Shown: piece after piece, positions 19,050-29,236 of the stretch
Position numbering within the stretch: the first letter of the stretch is position 1
Layout: every line of letters starts with the position of its first letter
From: Candidatus Marinacidobacterium sp.
GTDB lineage: Bacteria; Acidobacteriota; Vicinamibacteria; Marinacidobacterales; Marinacidobacteraceae
Assembly: GCA_965220965.1 (NCBI GenBank)
Contig: CBDCRI010000001.1
Span: forward strand, 288,001 to 352,000
DNA length: 64,000 nucleotides
Reading direction: 5' to 3'
Notes under the pieces: model-generated
Told to the model about the DNA's origin: nothing
Databases searched by the model: none
Seen by the model: the letters and a program-made list of their open reading frames with translations, nothing else
Program-made: the position numbers and the translations under genes

Positions 19050-19628
19050 ATGAACACCGCCCCACCGCCCATCAGCCTGCTGCGCCTGGTCGAGACGGCC
19101 ATCGGCCACGCCCGCGACCTCGAGGCGGGCGGCAGGCACGTCCCGTCGTACGCCAGCTGGCACGAGCCGCATCGGGACGGCTGCCGCATCAGCCTGGCGG
19201 GCGCGTACGCGGCGGAGGCGCTGTGCGTGCGCCCCGACGAGCCGGGCGGCCCTGAGGACTTCGCGCCGCCGCTGCGACAGCAGGTCCAGGCGATCGGCGC
19301 GGCCGACAGGGGCCACGTGGGAATCGCCTACGGTCGGCTCGGGGAGCTGGCCTGCGGTCCGGACCGCAGGCGCTTGGCGCGGTGCGCGGAGGATTGGCTG
19401 GATGAACTGGAGTCGCCCGCCGTCCGGGGCCGCATCGACGGCTTGAGGTACCACAGCTGGGACCAGTTCCTGCGCCACCTGGACCAGCTGGAGAGGGCTC
19501 TCCTGCCGGCGCTAGGCCGGATCGAGGCGGTGGCCCCGATGCCGGCCTACGCCCTGGACGCGCCGCGGATGACGGCGGACGCAGGCCGGCCCGGGGCGGC
19601 TGCCAAGGCTGGGCCGACCTCCCCGTGA
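19050..19628 (+). CDS. Hypothetical protein
   Basis: GGAGG RBS, protein-like composition, ends KAGPTSP. Confidence 0.65.
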   Translation: MNTAPPPISLLRLVETAIGHARDLEAGGRHVPSYASWHEPHRDGCRISLAGAYAAEALCVRPDEPGGPEDFAPPLRQQVQAIGAADRGHVGIAYGRLGELACGPDRRRLARCAEDWLDELESPAVRGRIDGLRYHSWDQFLRHLDQLERALLPALGRIEAVAPMPAYALDAPRMTADAGRPGAAAKAGPTSP

Positions 19629-19827
19629 GGCGCGACGGCGATGGCGCGTGGCTGACCGAAGCGTTGCCTCCCAGCGCCACGCTGCGCTCCGCCTTGGCGC
19701 CGGGCCAGATTGCCCGCCGTGCCAATGCCGATTGAAATTTCCCCAAAATCGCCAAAGTAAAATTCCCCGGCTTTTCGGTTCCGGTCAGGTCGCCGCACTG
19801 ACGTTCCTTCGCTTGGTTGCGGGCGGC

Positions 19828-20232
19828 TCACGGCCCCGGCGCGGGGGGCCTCGGCCCGGCCAACGGACTGGCGGACAGGCCGGGGCTCCCGATGAACCTG
19901 CGCAGGCCCTCCGAGTGGAACGCCCTGATCGCCTCCACGGTGGGCTGGAACCCGCCTAAGCGCAGGGTTTCCCGGATGCGCTTCCAATGCCCGTCCTTGC
20001 GGATGACGTCGAGGAACTCGGCGCCAGCCCACGTCAGGCGCGGCATCCAAACCTCGGCGCTCGTGTATTTCCGCGGCATCGCCTCCCCGTGGATCGAGGT
20101 GATGAAGCCGGCGTCAAGCAGCAGCAAAAGCTGGGCCGACTCCGGCGAGTTGCTCTTCACTTCGAGGGGGCGGCCCGTCCCCGCCTCGACATCCAGAAGC
20201 AGCTTCCTGATCGCGTCCATGTCCCGCTTCAT
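19828..20232 (-). CDS. DUF2513-family protein
   Basis: MKRDMDAIRKLLL..E and LL.DAGFI...RLTWAGAEFLD.IR.D..W signature. Confidence 0.8.
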   Translation of the reverse strand: MKRDMDAIRKLLLDVEAGTGRPLEVKSNSPESAQLLLLLDAGFITSIHGEAMPRKYTSAEVWMPRLTWAGAEFLDVIRKDGHWKRIRETLRLGGFQPTVEAIRAFHSEGLRRFIGSPGLSASPLAGPRPPAPGP

Positions 20233-20341
20233 GCGTTTCCCTCCCTTTCGGCCGGCATCGCCGACGTTGCGCAACGCGTCCATTGTAGGGTCCGCAATGG
20301 GCGGCGGCTCTTAAAGGCCGCCCACCGCGCCTGGGCGGACG

Positions 20342-20854
20342 CTAGGGCGACGGCGAGCACTGCTTGGGCGCGGCGGCCCGCTTGACGCGCTCCGCGTGCA
20401 CCCCCTCAATGGCGGCTTGCGTGACCGGAACCTCCTTCGCGGCGAGCTGGCGCTTGATTATCCGCCACTGGCGGGGGTCGCGAATGATGTCGAGGAGCTC
20501 CGCGCCCGCCCACGTGAGGCGGACGCCATCCCAGACTTCGGTTATGGTGCTGTCCGCCTGCAAGGGGCCAATCCTCGGCTCGCCGGCCCGCAGCCGGATG
20601 AGGCCGGCGTCCCGCAGCTGCCAAAGGACGGCGGATCCGTCGGAGCCCCCTTCCGTCGAGACTGCGCCTGGCCCCTTCCCCCCTGCCGCCTCCACCTGCA
20701 GCAGCGCCACGCGCGCCTTGTCCATGGACCGCCTGCCGGGCGGCCCGAACATGCCCGTCGACCACCACCACTCGGACCATTCCGCCGGCTCGCGCCCGGC
20801 GGCCTTCCGCATGGCCTTCCACTCCAAGTACTCGGGATCACGTTCGACTTCCAT
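20342..20854 (-). CDS. DUF2513-family protein with N-terminal extension
   Basis: RSMDKARVALLQVE...LRDAGLI...RLTWAGAELLDIIRD..QW. Tandem paralog of 19828..20232. Ends CSPSP. Confidence 0.75.
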   Translation of the reverse strand: MEVERDPEYLEWKAMRKAAGREPAEWSEWWWSTGMFGPPGRRSMDKARVALLQVEAAGGKGPGAVSTEGGSDGSAVLWQLRDAGLIRLRAGEPRIGPLQADSTITEVWDGVRLTWAGAELLDIIRDPRQWRIIKRQLAAKEVPVTQAAIEGVHAERVKRAAAPKQCSPSP

Positions 20855-20961
20855 GCGCTGCGCTCCTGCGGCCGGATTGGGTTGGGTGCGGCCATGCGCC
20901 GCAACGCGCTGGATTATAGTGACGAGCCGCCCGGCGGGGCCGCAGGACGCCTCCGGCGGCC

Positions 20962-22134
20962 CTACCGCCCCGGCGCGGGCGGGGTCCCGGCCCGACGCCG
21001 GGCCGCAGCCTCGCGCACGGCGTCCCTCAGGTTCAACAGCCGCTCGGCGCTGGCCGGGTGCGTGGACGCGTGCTCGATGGCCACCGGGTCGAGCTGGGCG
21101 AATCGCCCCCACACGCGGGGCAGCGCGGCCACGTCCATGCCGGCCTTGGCCATGAAGCGGCTGCCGAGGCGGTCGGCCTCCAGCTCGTAGCGCTGCGCGT
21201 ACGCCAGCCGGCGCGACTCGTCGGCCTCCCACGGGGCGCGAAGGCGCCGGGCCGCCCGCGCCAGCAGCGGCCTGGGGCCGACCGCGGCCGGCCTGCCGAC
21301 CGCGGCGGGACCGCCGACCGGCACGGTCGGCCCGTGGCCGGCGACGTTGTGGGCCAGCTCGTGGGCGAGGATGGCCTGGTGCTCGACGTCGGCGTGCAGG
21401 AACTCCAGCATGCCCTCGGTGACGAGGATGGACCGGCCGTCGGCGAATGCGTTGACTGCGTGGGAGGTCAGCAGCCGGACCGGGTAGTCGCAGGCGCGGA
21501 CCTGCGCCATGCGGATCGGCAGCCCACGGCCGCCGCGCTCGACCGTCAAGGCCAGGCGGCCGTCCTCGCCGCCGGCCCGGACCATGCGCCCGACCCGCGC
21601 CTTGGCGCGGGCGTGGGCGCCGTGGGAGGCCGGCTCGGGCGCGGGCCGGCCCTCGACCTCGAGCAGGCGGTCGCCGACCCGCAGCCCGGCGCGCTCGGCC
21701 GGCGAGCCGGCGGCGACGTGGGCGACCACGAAGCCGGTCCCGTCCATGCCGAGCGCCTCGCGGTGCGCGACGCCCTCGAACAGCGGCATGCTGAAGGACC
21801 GCTCCCACATGGACTCCAGCGTGAACCCGCCGCTCGGGCGCACGCGCGGGCAGGCGTCGGCGTTGGCCGCCAGCAGCCGGAAGGCGTTGTCGCGCAGCCG
21901 CGAGAGCTTCGCCAGCCGGGAGGCCACCAGGGGCCTGGCCTCGGCCAGGCCGCCCTCCGAGCGCTGCAGGCGGTCGAGCGCCAGCCGGTGGGCCGCCCCC
22001 GGATCCGGCTGGCCGAGGGGCAGCGCGCAGCCCTGCAGGAGCATCCCCAGGCAGAGGGCGGCGCAGGCCGAAAGGCCGGTTGCCGAGGAGCGGCGGGCGG
22101 GCGTCGGTGCGGCGGTCCGGACGGGCTTGGGCAT
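20962..22134 (-). CDS. M48-family metallopeptidase with PDZ domain, probable lipoprotein
   Basis: Lipobox LLQGC, PDZ motif GSPAERAGLRVGD, and VNAFADG, HELAH, ELEADRLG and STHP motifs. Confidence 0.88.
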   Translation of the reverse strand: MPKPVRTAAPTPARRSSATGLSACAALCLGMLLQGCALPLGQPDPGAAHRLALDRLQRSEGGLAEARPLVASRLAKLSRLRDNAFRLLAANADACPRVRPSGGFTLESMWERSFSMPLFEGVAHREALGMDGTGFVVAHVAAGSPAERAGLRVGDRLLEVEGRPAPEPASHGAHARAKARVGRMVRAGGEDGRLALTVERGGRGLPIRMAQVRACDYPVRLLTSHAVNAFADGRSILVTEGMLEFLHADVEHQAILAHELAHNVAGHGPTVPVGGPAAVGRPAAVGPRPLLARAARRLRAPWEADESRRLAYAQRYELEADRLGSRFMAKAGMDVAALPRVWGRFAQLDPVAIEHASTHPASAERLLNLRDAVREAAARRRAGTPPAPGR

Positions 22135-22417
22135 GCAGGGGGTCGCTTGCAGTGGCGGGCGCCTCCGACGCGGCGGGACTTCGAGAGAGGGAAGAACCAG
22201 ACCCATTGTGAATGGCCGCCGCGCCGGAGTGCCCGAGCGGAATTTTGCACAAGGCGGGCGGGCGGCGTCAACGGCCGCGTGTCCGGGGCGCCGCAATGGG
22301 ACGCGCGGCCGCCGCCTCACCAGTTGTTGCGCCGTGTCGACCGCCGCGCAAGCGTGGCGCTTGGCCCGCCGACCCGACTGCTTGGATCAGGGCGCACGGC
22401 GACCGCAAGCTCCTGCC

Positions 22418-23092
22418 CTACGGCAGCTTGGCGGACCGGTTGCGATTCGGGTTGGGGGCCGGACCTGGCTCATGGGACAGACGGACCTTGGCCCTTACCA
22501 TGTCGGCCCAGTGGTGCCCCGTGAAGTAGGTCTTTTGAAGCGCCCCTTCGACGGTTCTGAAAAGCAACGCCGGCATCTCTCCCTCGACGGAATTGTCATA
22601 GACATAGGCTCGATCGACAATCGGGATGGCTCTGGCAAGATTGGTGACGGATTTCCCGTACCTGCTGATTATCTTGCTGATTGGCACGTCGTGCCCGCCT
22701 TCCATCACGCGAGCGGCCACCCGCGTGGCGTTGATCGTCGGCGAATCGGTCCCAACGAAGAACAGCCGGACGAAGAAGCCATGTGAGATCGCCCGCCGAA
22801 CGAAGGCGAGTTTCTCTTCCGTGGAAAACACCGTCTCGAACGCCAGGGACTTGCCGCGTTCCAAGCACGCCTCGCGCCTCCGAGCGGCCTCACGCGCCGC
22901 TTCGAGGATTGCCTTTGGGTCATTCCAGTCTCCGAATGACTGCTGGGCGATCGCATCGGGGTTCACGTATTCGCAGCCTCCCAGCCAGTCGTGAGCCAAG
23001 GCGCGCTCAGTCAGGGTGGTTTTGCCGGCGCCGTTGGGGCCGGCGATCACGATCAGTTTTGGGCGAAGGGCGCTTGCCGATTCAGGAGCCAT
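22418..23092 (-). CDS. Zeta-toxin-like P-loop kinase/ATPase
   Basis: IAGPNGAGKTT, VNPD.IA, FETVFS, RV..GGHDVP and VYDNS motifs. Confidence 0.85.
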   Translation of the reverse strand: MAPESASALRPKLIVIAGPNGAGKTTLTERALAHDWLGGCEYVNPDAIAQQSFGDWNDPKAILEAAREAARRREACLERGKSLAFETVFSTEEKLAFVRRAISHGFFVRLFFVGTDSPTINATRVAARVMEGGHDVPISKIISRYGKSVTNLARAIPIVDRAYVYDNSVEGEMPALLFRTVEGALQKTYFTGHHWADMVRAKVRLSHEPGPAPNPNRNRSAKLP

Positions 23093-23384
23093 ATCCGAAG
23101 CTGGAGGAAGCGGGGGGACTCACGGATTGCGGGTCATCCAGCATTGCCTCATCGATCGAATCAGCAAGGCTTTGGAAATAGGCGGCTTGCGCCGCGTCGC
23201 CGCGCATGGCGACCACGCGCTGGAAGTCGAGCATGAGAGCTTCGAGCTCCGCATCCGAAGGCTCAGTTTGCGCATCAAGCAAGTTGACTTTTGGAACCAT
23301 AAGACCCTGCTGGCTTACTCGGAACTGCAGCAATGGTAGCACGCTGCCCGCAAGATGGTCCGAACCGGATTTTTTTCGTGGCAT
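23082..23384 (-). CDS. Small protein, putative partner/antitoxin of the zeta-like gene
   Basis: Overlaps the start of the zeta-like gene. Start is either 23384 or 23300. Confidence 0.5.
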   Translation of the reverse strand: MPRKKSGSDHLAGSVLPLLQFRVSQQGLMVPKVNLLDAQTEPSDAELEALMLDFQRVVAMRGDAAQAAYFQSLADSIDEAMLDDPQSVSPPASSSFGYGS

Positions 23385-23596
23385 GCGGATGCCCTCCAAG
23401 GGACGGCCTCGCCCACCTCCCCGACACCGCCTGAAGCGCCTCTGCCCGATTGCGCCAGCCCTTGGCCGGCCGATTCGTTCCAGAGCGTCATAAGACCTGA
23501 CGGCGCGGCTCAAGCTCTCTTAAGCCGGCAAGCTCGTGCAACATTCGGGCTAGGCAGCCGCGGGGGCCGCCCAAGGGGCTGCGCCGCGCCGGTCGG

Positions 23597-24580
23597 TCAT
23601 CCGGGGGCGGGGCCGGCCGCCCTCCCCGCCTGCGAAGGCCCGTCCGTCGGCGCGGGCCGCCCCGCCCCGAGGCCATGCAGCGCGGCGGGGTCGTAGCGGT
23701 GCACGGCGGACAGGATGTCGTCGACCAGGCGCGCCTCCCTCCCGGTCGAGGGCAGCGCCTCGGCCAGCGAGCCGTAGTGCATCTCGAGCGCGTCCATCAG
23801 GAGTCCGCGCAGCGCCTCCAGGTCCGGGGAGCGCGGCAGCGCGGTCCTCGCCTTCAGGGCCTCCAGCTCGCGCTCCTTGTCGGCGAACCAGTCCTTGATC
23901 CGCTGCTTGGACCACTCGCCGCGGCGCACCGCCTTGTACAGCTCGCGGTCGCGGTCGAGCACCAGGTCGCCGCCGGCGAGGATCTGCTCGCACTCGCAGG
24001 CCAAGCGCACGATGTGGTAGGCGAACTTGGTGTCGAAACCGTGGGCGTCGATCGCCGCCTGGCGCTGCGGATTGGCCCGCTTGGGCCGGCCGTCGAGCTT
24101 CTTCAGCTGGGCGTAGGCGTAGCCGCGGAACCGGGCGAAGGCGCCTTGGTGAAGGAACAAGCGGCGGTGGTCGCGCACGTGCTCGTAGAGCGCGGTGGAG
24201 TGGCGCACGCAGCGCCGCGGGCAGAACAGCGCGTCCACCATGTTGGGGTTGTTGTCGGCGCACAGGTCGAAGAAGCGCACGAGGGAGTAGATCGTGACAT
24301 CGTACTGCCTGCGCGTCTGCGCAAACTCGACGTGGTGCTGCTGGAACTGGTCGAAGGAGGGCGGCGCCGGACCGAATCCCGGTATGTGCCCGGCGAGGTG
24401 CGGGAAGACCTGATGCTTGGGCGGCATGGCGAACCCGACGATGTCCTCGTCCGAGTTGCCTGGCTCCGCGCAGCCGTAGGCGACCGAGCCGGTGGTCGCC
24501 TCGAACATGACGTTGTGCGGCAGCCAGGGCGGCGGCGTGATCAGCCCCTCCCGGGCCAGCTTTGCGGTGATTGAGGCCAT
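23597..24580 (-). CDS. Pol-beta-superfamily nucleotidyltransferase (YcgL/RlaP-like)
   Basis: GSVAYG....SDEDIVG, NNPN..D.LF, F.GYA..QL and DTKFAYH.VRL motifs. AAGGAG RBS. Confidence 0.85.
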   Translation of the reverse strand: MASITAKLAREGLITPPPWLPHNVMFEATTGSVAYGCAEPGNSDEDIVGFAMPPKHQVFPHLAGHIPGFGPAPPSFDQFQQHHVEFAQTRRQYDVTIYSLVRFFDLCADNNPNMVDALFCPRRCVRHSTALYEHVRDHRRLFLHQGAFARFRGYAYAQLKKLDGRPKRANPQRQAAIDAHGFDTKFAYHIVRLACECEQILAGGDLVLDRDRELYKAVRRGEWSKQRIKDWFADKERELEALKARTALPRSPDLEALRGLLMDALEMHYGSLAEALPSTGREARLVDDILSAVHRYDPAALHGLGAGRPAPTDGPSQAGRAAGPAPG

Positions 24581-24652
24581 GTCGGACTCCTTCGCTCCGG
24601 TTGCGGGCCGAAGCGCCGCTTTCGTTGCGGTCGGGCTTGGGGCCGTCCGACG

Positions 24653-26182
24653 CTAGCGCGTCGCCTGGGCGCCCACCGCGATCTCGCTGTCGCGGGAGAT
24701 CGCCAAGGCCAGAGCGCTTCCGCCCCCGCCCGGCTCGCCCTCCCGGTCGCCGACGGCGACGAGCAGCTCCACGTTGAGCGCGATGGCCGAGCAGTCCACC
24801 GCCACCGCACCCCGGTACAGGCTGAACGCCGGGTTGACGCCAGCGAGCGTCCCGGACAGGGCGCAGTCGTAGCCGCCCGCGTCGAGGGAGCCGCCCAGCC
24901 GGCCCTGCCCGTCGACCGTGAAGGCCAAGCCCTCAGCGGACCATTGGCCAGCCAGCGCCGCGGCGTCAGCACCGCGGCCGAAGCCGGCGAACGCCCGGCC
25001 GCTGAAAGCCCGGGAGACGCCTGCGATCGAGTACTCGCCCTTGATCCAGTCGCCTTGGCGGTAGGCGGCGCGCAGCTCGAACGGCTCGCTGCCGCCGCTG
25101 ACGCCGAGGCCCGCCACGTTGACGACGCCGGACTCGTAGGCCCTGCCGCTGGCGCTGAGGCTGCCAGCGCCGGAGTCGTAGTCCGCGTCGGCGACGCGCA
25201 CGGTCCCCTCGCCTGGCAGCCAGCCGTAGAGGCGACCGTCCGGGGTGGCGACCAGGTAGCCGTCGTCCCCGCCGGCGGAGGGCAGCCGCCAGACGTTGGC
25301 GGCGCCCGCGTAGTCGGCCTTGGCGGCGGACAGGTTGGACAGGTGGCCGGTGGGCGTGTCCATCAAGCTCATTACGAGGATGGGGCGGTCCGCCGACACG
25401 GCCAAGCGCCACTTCACGGCGCCGTCGCCCAGGCGCCCCTCCAGGCCGTCGCCGCCGTTCTCCAGCTCCGCGGAGGTCACCGCCCGCGCGGCGTTGGCGG
25501 GCAGCGTCAGGGTGACCGGGCCGCCTGCCGACCCGGGCCGCCCCCGGTCGTCACGGCCGGTGACGGCGACCGCCGCCGGCTCATCGGACAGGTTGACCAG
25601 GCGCAGCCAGCTCCGCTGGCGGTAGTTGCTCGCGGGGTTGAAGATCGACACCCGGTGGCGCATGCGGCCTTCGGGGGCCACGGCGGACATGCTGGTGAGG
25701 AAGCCGTCGCGCCGGGTGCGGATGTAGGCCTGCGGCTCGATGTCCTGACGGCTGTGCAGGTGCAGGCGCCAGTTGCCCTCGGCCGGCCCAAGGCCGTCCG
25801 TGAGGCGCTTGCCGGCGTTGCCCTGCTCCATGTCCTCGGAGTTGAGGTGGATGGCCTGCAGGGCGGGCAGCGTCAGCCGCGCCGGTCCGCGCCGCCGGCC
25901 CGCGTCGTCGACGCCGAAGATGCGCACGGCGGCGTCCTCGTCGGAATGGTTGACGACCCGGACGAACCCCTGCTGGTCGAGGTTGGAGGTGGACATGAAC
26001 AGCGGCAGGACGTGCTCGCGCCCGCCCGGCTGGCCGAGCGCTCCCCCGGACAGGGAGAACAGGGCCGCCGTGGCCGCGGTGGCGCAAATCACCGTCACGC
26101 ATCGATGGAACGGCAGGCGCAGTGACGGCCACTTCGCCCGCGGCGGGCTGCTGGGCAAGGCCCCGGCGGAGCGGGAGGTCAT
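24653..26182 (-). CDS. Probable exported protein with an internally duplicated domain
   Basis: Hydrophobic N-terminal segment, then two related units (QQGFVRVVNHS..GVDDAG / QRSWLRLVNLS..GRDDRG) and a beta-rich C-terminus. ATGA overlap with the upstream ORF. Confidence 0.75.
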   Translation of the reverse strand: MTSRSAGALPSSPPRAKWPSLRLPFHRCVTVICATAATAALFSLSGGALGQPGGREHVLPLFMSTSNLDQQGFVRVVNHSDEDAAVRIFGVDDAGRRRGPARLTLPALQAIHLNSEDMEQGNAGKRLTDGLGPAEGNWRLHLHSRQDIEPQAYIRTRRDGFLTSMSAVAPEGRMRHRVSIFNPASNYRQRSWLRLVNLSDEPAAVAVTGRDDRGRPGSAGGPVTLTLPANAARAVTSAELENGGDGLEGRLGDGAVKWRLAVSADRPILVMSLMDTPTGHLSNLSAAKADYAGAANVWRLPSAGGDDGYLVATPDGRLYGWLPGEGTVRVADADYDSGAGSLSASGRAYESGVVNVAGLGVSGGSEPFELRAAYRQGDWIKGEYSIAGVSRAFSGRAFAGFGRGADAAALAGQWSAEGLAFTVDGQGRLGGSLDAGGYDCALSGTLAGVNPAFSLYRGAVAVDCSAIALNVELLVAVGDREGEPGGGGSALALAISRDSEIAVGAQATR

Positions 26183-26433
26183 GTCCGTCCCCATCCATTC
26201 AGAACGTCCATTGCGTAGCATAGCGCGTCATCCAGCCACCGCCGGGTGACGCCCGGATCGACCTGCCGCAATTTGTGGAACAGCGGAGCCAAAGGCCCAA
26301 AGTCGGCGATTGGATGAAGCTCGTTGGCCACCACTCTCGCTTGGTGGATTGTCTCGCCGGTGGCGGCGCTGACGAAGTCGAATCCGAGAACCCCCCTTTC
26401 GTCGCGCATCGCCGTCACGTGTATCCTGCTCAT
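26179..26433 (-). CDS. Small hypothetical protein
   Basis: 84-aa ORF with protein-like composition, translationally coupled to the downstream gene. Confidence 0.5.
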   Translation of the reverse strand: MSRIHVTAMRDERGVLGFDFVSAATGETIHQARVVANELHPIADFGPLAPLFHKLRQVDPGVTRRWLDDALCYAMDVLNGWGRT

Positions 26434-26466
26434 GCCCGGTCTGCCAACGGGAAGGCGCCGGCCGCC

Positions 26467-26673
26467 CTAGTCCACCGTGACGCAGGCGCACGGCCAGGGC
26501 ATGTCGTCGGTGTCGGGCCGGCTCCGCTCCGCGATGTGCGTCAGCCCGTGCTTGACGGCGTTGCGGGTGGCCTCCACGAACGGGAGGCACTTCGGGCAGG
26601 TGTCGACCTGATAGGTCTCCCCTGTGTCGCTGCGGGTCTCATAGGTCGTGATGACCTTGGATTGGGACGTCAT
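26467..26673 (-). CDS. Small Cys-containing hypothetical protein
   Basis: GGAGG RBS and extended -10 TGGTATAAT (minus, ~26711-26719). CPKC and CAC motifs. Confidence 0.55.
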   Translation of the reverse strand: MTSQSKVITTYETRSDTGETYQVDTCPKCLPFVEATRNAVKHGLTHIAERSRPDTDDMPWPCACVTVD

Positions 26674-26739
26674 TGGCCGCCTCCCGGGGCATTGCTGGAT
26701 GATGTCCGCATTATACCATGGCCGGCGCCCCGCACCGCG

Positions 26740-27363
26740 CTAGGGGGCCGGCCCGGGAGTCCCGGGCTCGGCGGGCGACGGCGGGTTGGCCTCCTGCCAG
26801 GCGGCCTTGCGCTCGTGCAGCCAAGTTTGGGTGTGGGTGAAGGTCGGCCCCACGGACGTGCAGAAGGCGGCGCCGCCATTGAACCCGTCGGCCTGCGGCC
26901 TCGAGCAGTAGTCCGCCCAGGCGAACCCCACGGGGGGGAGCCCGAAGGCCTCCACCAGCCCCGAGGCGCAGTGGCCGGCGAGCTCAACGTCGCCGTACTC
27001 CTCGGCGTAGATGCTCACGCCCCCGTCCCATGTCTCGACCAGGAAGTCGTCGCTGAGCTCATCCAAGTCCTCCGTGTCCGCATCCTTCAGGCAGTTGGGG
27101 CGCTCGATGCATAGGCGCGCGAAGAGCTTGGCGGCCAGCTGCCGCGCAACCGCACGGGCCTCGGCGTCGAACCGCGGCCCGGGCGGCTCCGCCTCCGGAA
27201 ACATGTCATCGAAGCCGAACGGGCGCCCGTGCTCAAGGGCCTGCAGCCCCTCGCGCCACCGGGCCGGGCCGTTCACGACCGCTTCAAGCGCCCACTTGGC
27301 GGCCTCGGCGCGCCCGCCCAAGTCCTCCACTCGGAACGAGAACTGGCGGTAGTTGTTGGCCAT
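26740..27363 (-). CDS. Hypothetical protein
   Basis: GAGG RBS, upstream TATAAT at ~27438, protein-like composition, ends PGPAP. Confidence 0.7.
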   Translation of the reverse strand: MANNYRQFSFRVEDLGGRAEAAKWALEAVVNGPARWREGLQALEHGRPFGFDDMFPEAEPPGPRFDAEARAVARQLAAKLFARLCIERPNCLKDADTEDLDELSDDFLVETWDGGVSIYAEEYGDVELAGHCASGLVEAFGLPPVGFAWADYCSRPQADGFNGGAAFCTSVGPTFTHTQTWLHERKAAWQEANPPSPAEPGTPGPAP

Positions 27364-27553
27364 GGACCTCTCCTGGTTGACTTGGCGGTCGCCGCCCGCG
27401 CCGCGGCCCGTGCCGGGCGAATGGCGCGCCCGGATTCATTATAGGAGGGCGGCCGGCCTTGGGCCGTTACCGTCCGCGGAAACGCCGCCATTGCCTGAGA
27501 GGGCTTGCCCAGAGGGATGGGGCGGCTCTGTGTCTGCCTGCTTTTCAGGTGGT

Positions 27554-28402
27554 CTAGGACGTCTCCAGCGCATGCTTCGTGTCCCACACCGGAGCCGAAC
27601 TGCCGTCCCGCCTCCAACATCGACGCTCGGCCAGCTCCTGAAGCAGGTACGGCATTAGCGCTCGCCGGACACGGATGACGCGCTTGCCCGTTTCAGGAAT
27701 GCCGTACTCGTGCTCGTAGCAGAGCCGCTCGTCATGGGAAAGCTCCTTGGAAAGGATGAACTCGCGTCTCTCGAACGAGTTCCAATCGTCGTCCCCATCG
27801 AGTCCGACAAAGGGCGCTTCGTCGTCTCGCCATGCATCGATGGACCGAGCAGGCACGACATCCACGTAGCGATCCTCGAGCGGCCGACTGAACTCGTCAC
27901 GGCAACCCGCTCTGTACCCTCGCACGTGATAGCGCCCCCTTGTGCGAACGAGTTCGGATGGCGAAAAGACGAATTCCTGACGGCCGGTTTTGGCTGCGTA
28001 GACCAGCCTCACTGGCTCCCTGTCGAGCCATGCAGCCACAAATTCCCGAACCGCAGCAGAAGGTGTCGCCGCGGTGAGCGACAAATCGTGTCCTCTGGCC
28101 TTGGGCACGGTCGATGCGAATGGGTTTCCCGGCAAGCCGTTGCCAATCAGCATCAGTGCAAACGCAACGCCCGGATCGATGACTTCGGGCGCCGGTTCAA
28201 AGCGTTCGTCCGGCACCAGACATCGTTCCGAACTCGGCTTATAAGGTGGCAAGAGGCCGCGAACCCGCCATTCGGAGATCAGGTTCCTTGCGGTGCGCTC
28301 GGAAACGCGCGCGAACCTCTGCACATCGCCCGCTTTGAGGCCTCCTCGCCAGAACAGCATGGTTTCAGCAAAACGGCGTGCAACTGCGCGACCAACATTC
28401 AT
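27554..28402 (-). CDS. wHTH-WYL transcriptional regulator, divergent from the cas operon
   Basis: N-terminal HTH (DVQRFARVSERTARNLI) and WYL-type V.L.Y....R..FSP..L....GRYHVRGY. Head-to-head with cas6. Confidence 0.8.
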   Translation of the reverse strand: MNVGRAVARRFAETMLFWRGGLKAGDVQRFARVSERTARNLISEWRVRGLLPPYKPSSERCLVPDERFEPAPEVIDPGVAFALMLIGNGLPGNPFASTVPKARGHDLSLTAATPSAAVREFVAAWLDREPVRLVYAAKTGRQEFVFSPSELVRTRGRYHVRGYRAGCRDEFSRPLEDRYVDVVPARSIDAWRDDEAPFVGLDGDDDWNSFERREFILSKELSHDERLCYEHEYGIPETGKRVIRVRRALMPYLLQELAERRCWRRDGSSAPVWDTKHALETS

Positions 28403-28507
28403 TACAGATCAAATCTAGGTCAACACCTGCAATATTTGCAAGTTTCACTCTCATGCAGATCACGTATGTTAGTCGGCAGTTCGTGTTGTCCAGAGGATAC
28501 ATTTGGG

Positions 28508-29236
28508 ATGCGATTCAGATTGACAGCGCCACGCGGTGAGAGTGCGCGGATTCGGTACTTGGACAGCCTCCACGCTGCACTGATCAACGCTTGGACCGCC
28601 AGTGGAGCGCAGCCCGAGCAATTGTTGGGGGGGCGTGCCGGCAACTGGTCCTTCGGGGCAGTGGGCGCCTCGAAATCCAGTGGCTTCGCGCTCAAGTCCG
28701 TAGTGATTGGGGCGGAAGACGGCGCCTTGGAGCCGTTCCTCCAAGACCTAGCTTGCGAAAACGTTCGAAAATCGTCTGTCAATGGCGACGTCATTGATCT
28801 TTCCGCTTGGGATCTGGCCCCGGAGGAGCTGCCGATTGAGTGTCCTCACGGCAGCTCGGCCGTCCTTCCGGCAATCATGCTCTCTCCGCTCGCCGTGTCC
28901 AAGCGCGGGGAAAAGAGGCGTTGGCATGACGATCTGACGAAGATCGGATCGAACCTCGAGCAGGCGGTCAGCGCGCGTCTGTCGCGACTGACTGGTCGAA
29001 AGGTGGACCTTGAGGTTGAACCCGACCGACTCTACCTTCGAGCGAATCCGAAGCACTCGACGCTGGTTCCTACCCGCACCGCCAGGGGAGCAAGGCCGGC
29101 ATTCGTGATCGGGACGCTTTGCCCGTTGCTCATCCGCGGAAGCATTGAAGACCTCCGTTCAGCCTGGGCACTCGGAATCGGCGAGAAGAATCGCTACGGA
29201 TTCGGGTGCATTGGCTACGCAGGACAACGCGCATGA
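28508..29236 (+). CDS. cas6: CRISPR endoribonuclease Cas6
   Basis: C-terminal G-loop LGIGEKNRYGFG. First gene of the operon, with ATGA overlap to the next gene. Confidence 0.85.
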   Translation: MRFRLTAPRGESARIRYLDSLHAALINAWTASGAQPEQLLGGRAGNWSFGAVGASKSSGFALKSVVIGAEDGALEPFLQDLACENVRKSSVNGDVIDLSAWDLAPEELPIECPHGSSAVLPAIMLSPLAVSKRGEKRRWHDDLTKIGSNLEQAVSARLSRLTGRKVDLEVEPDRLYLRANPKHSTLVPTRTARGARPAFVIGTLCPLLIRGSIEDLRSAWALGIGEKNRYGFGCIGYAGQRA

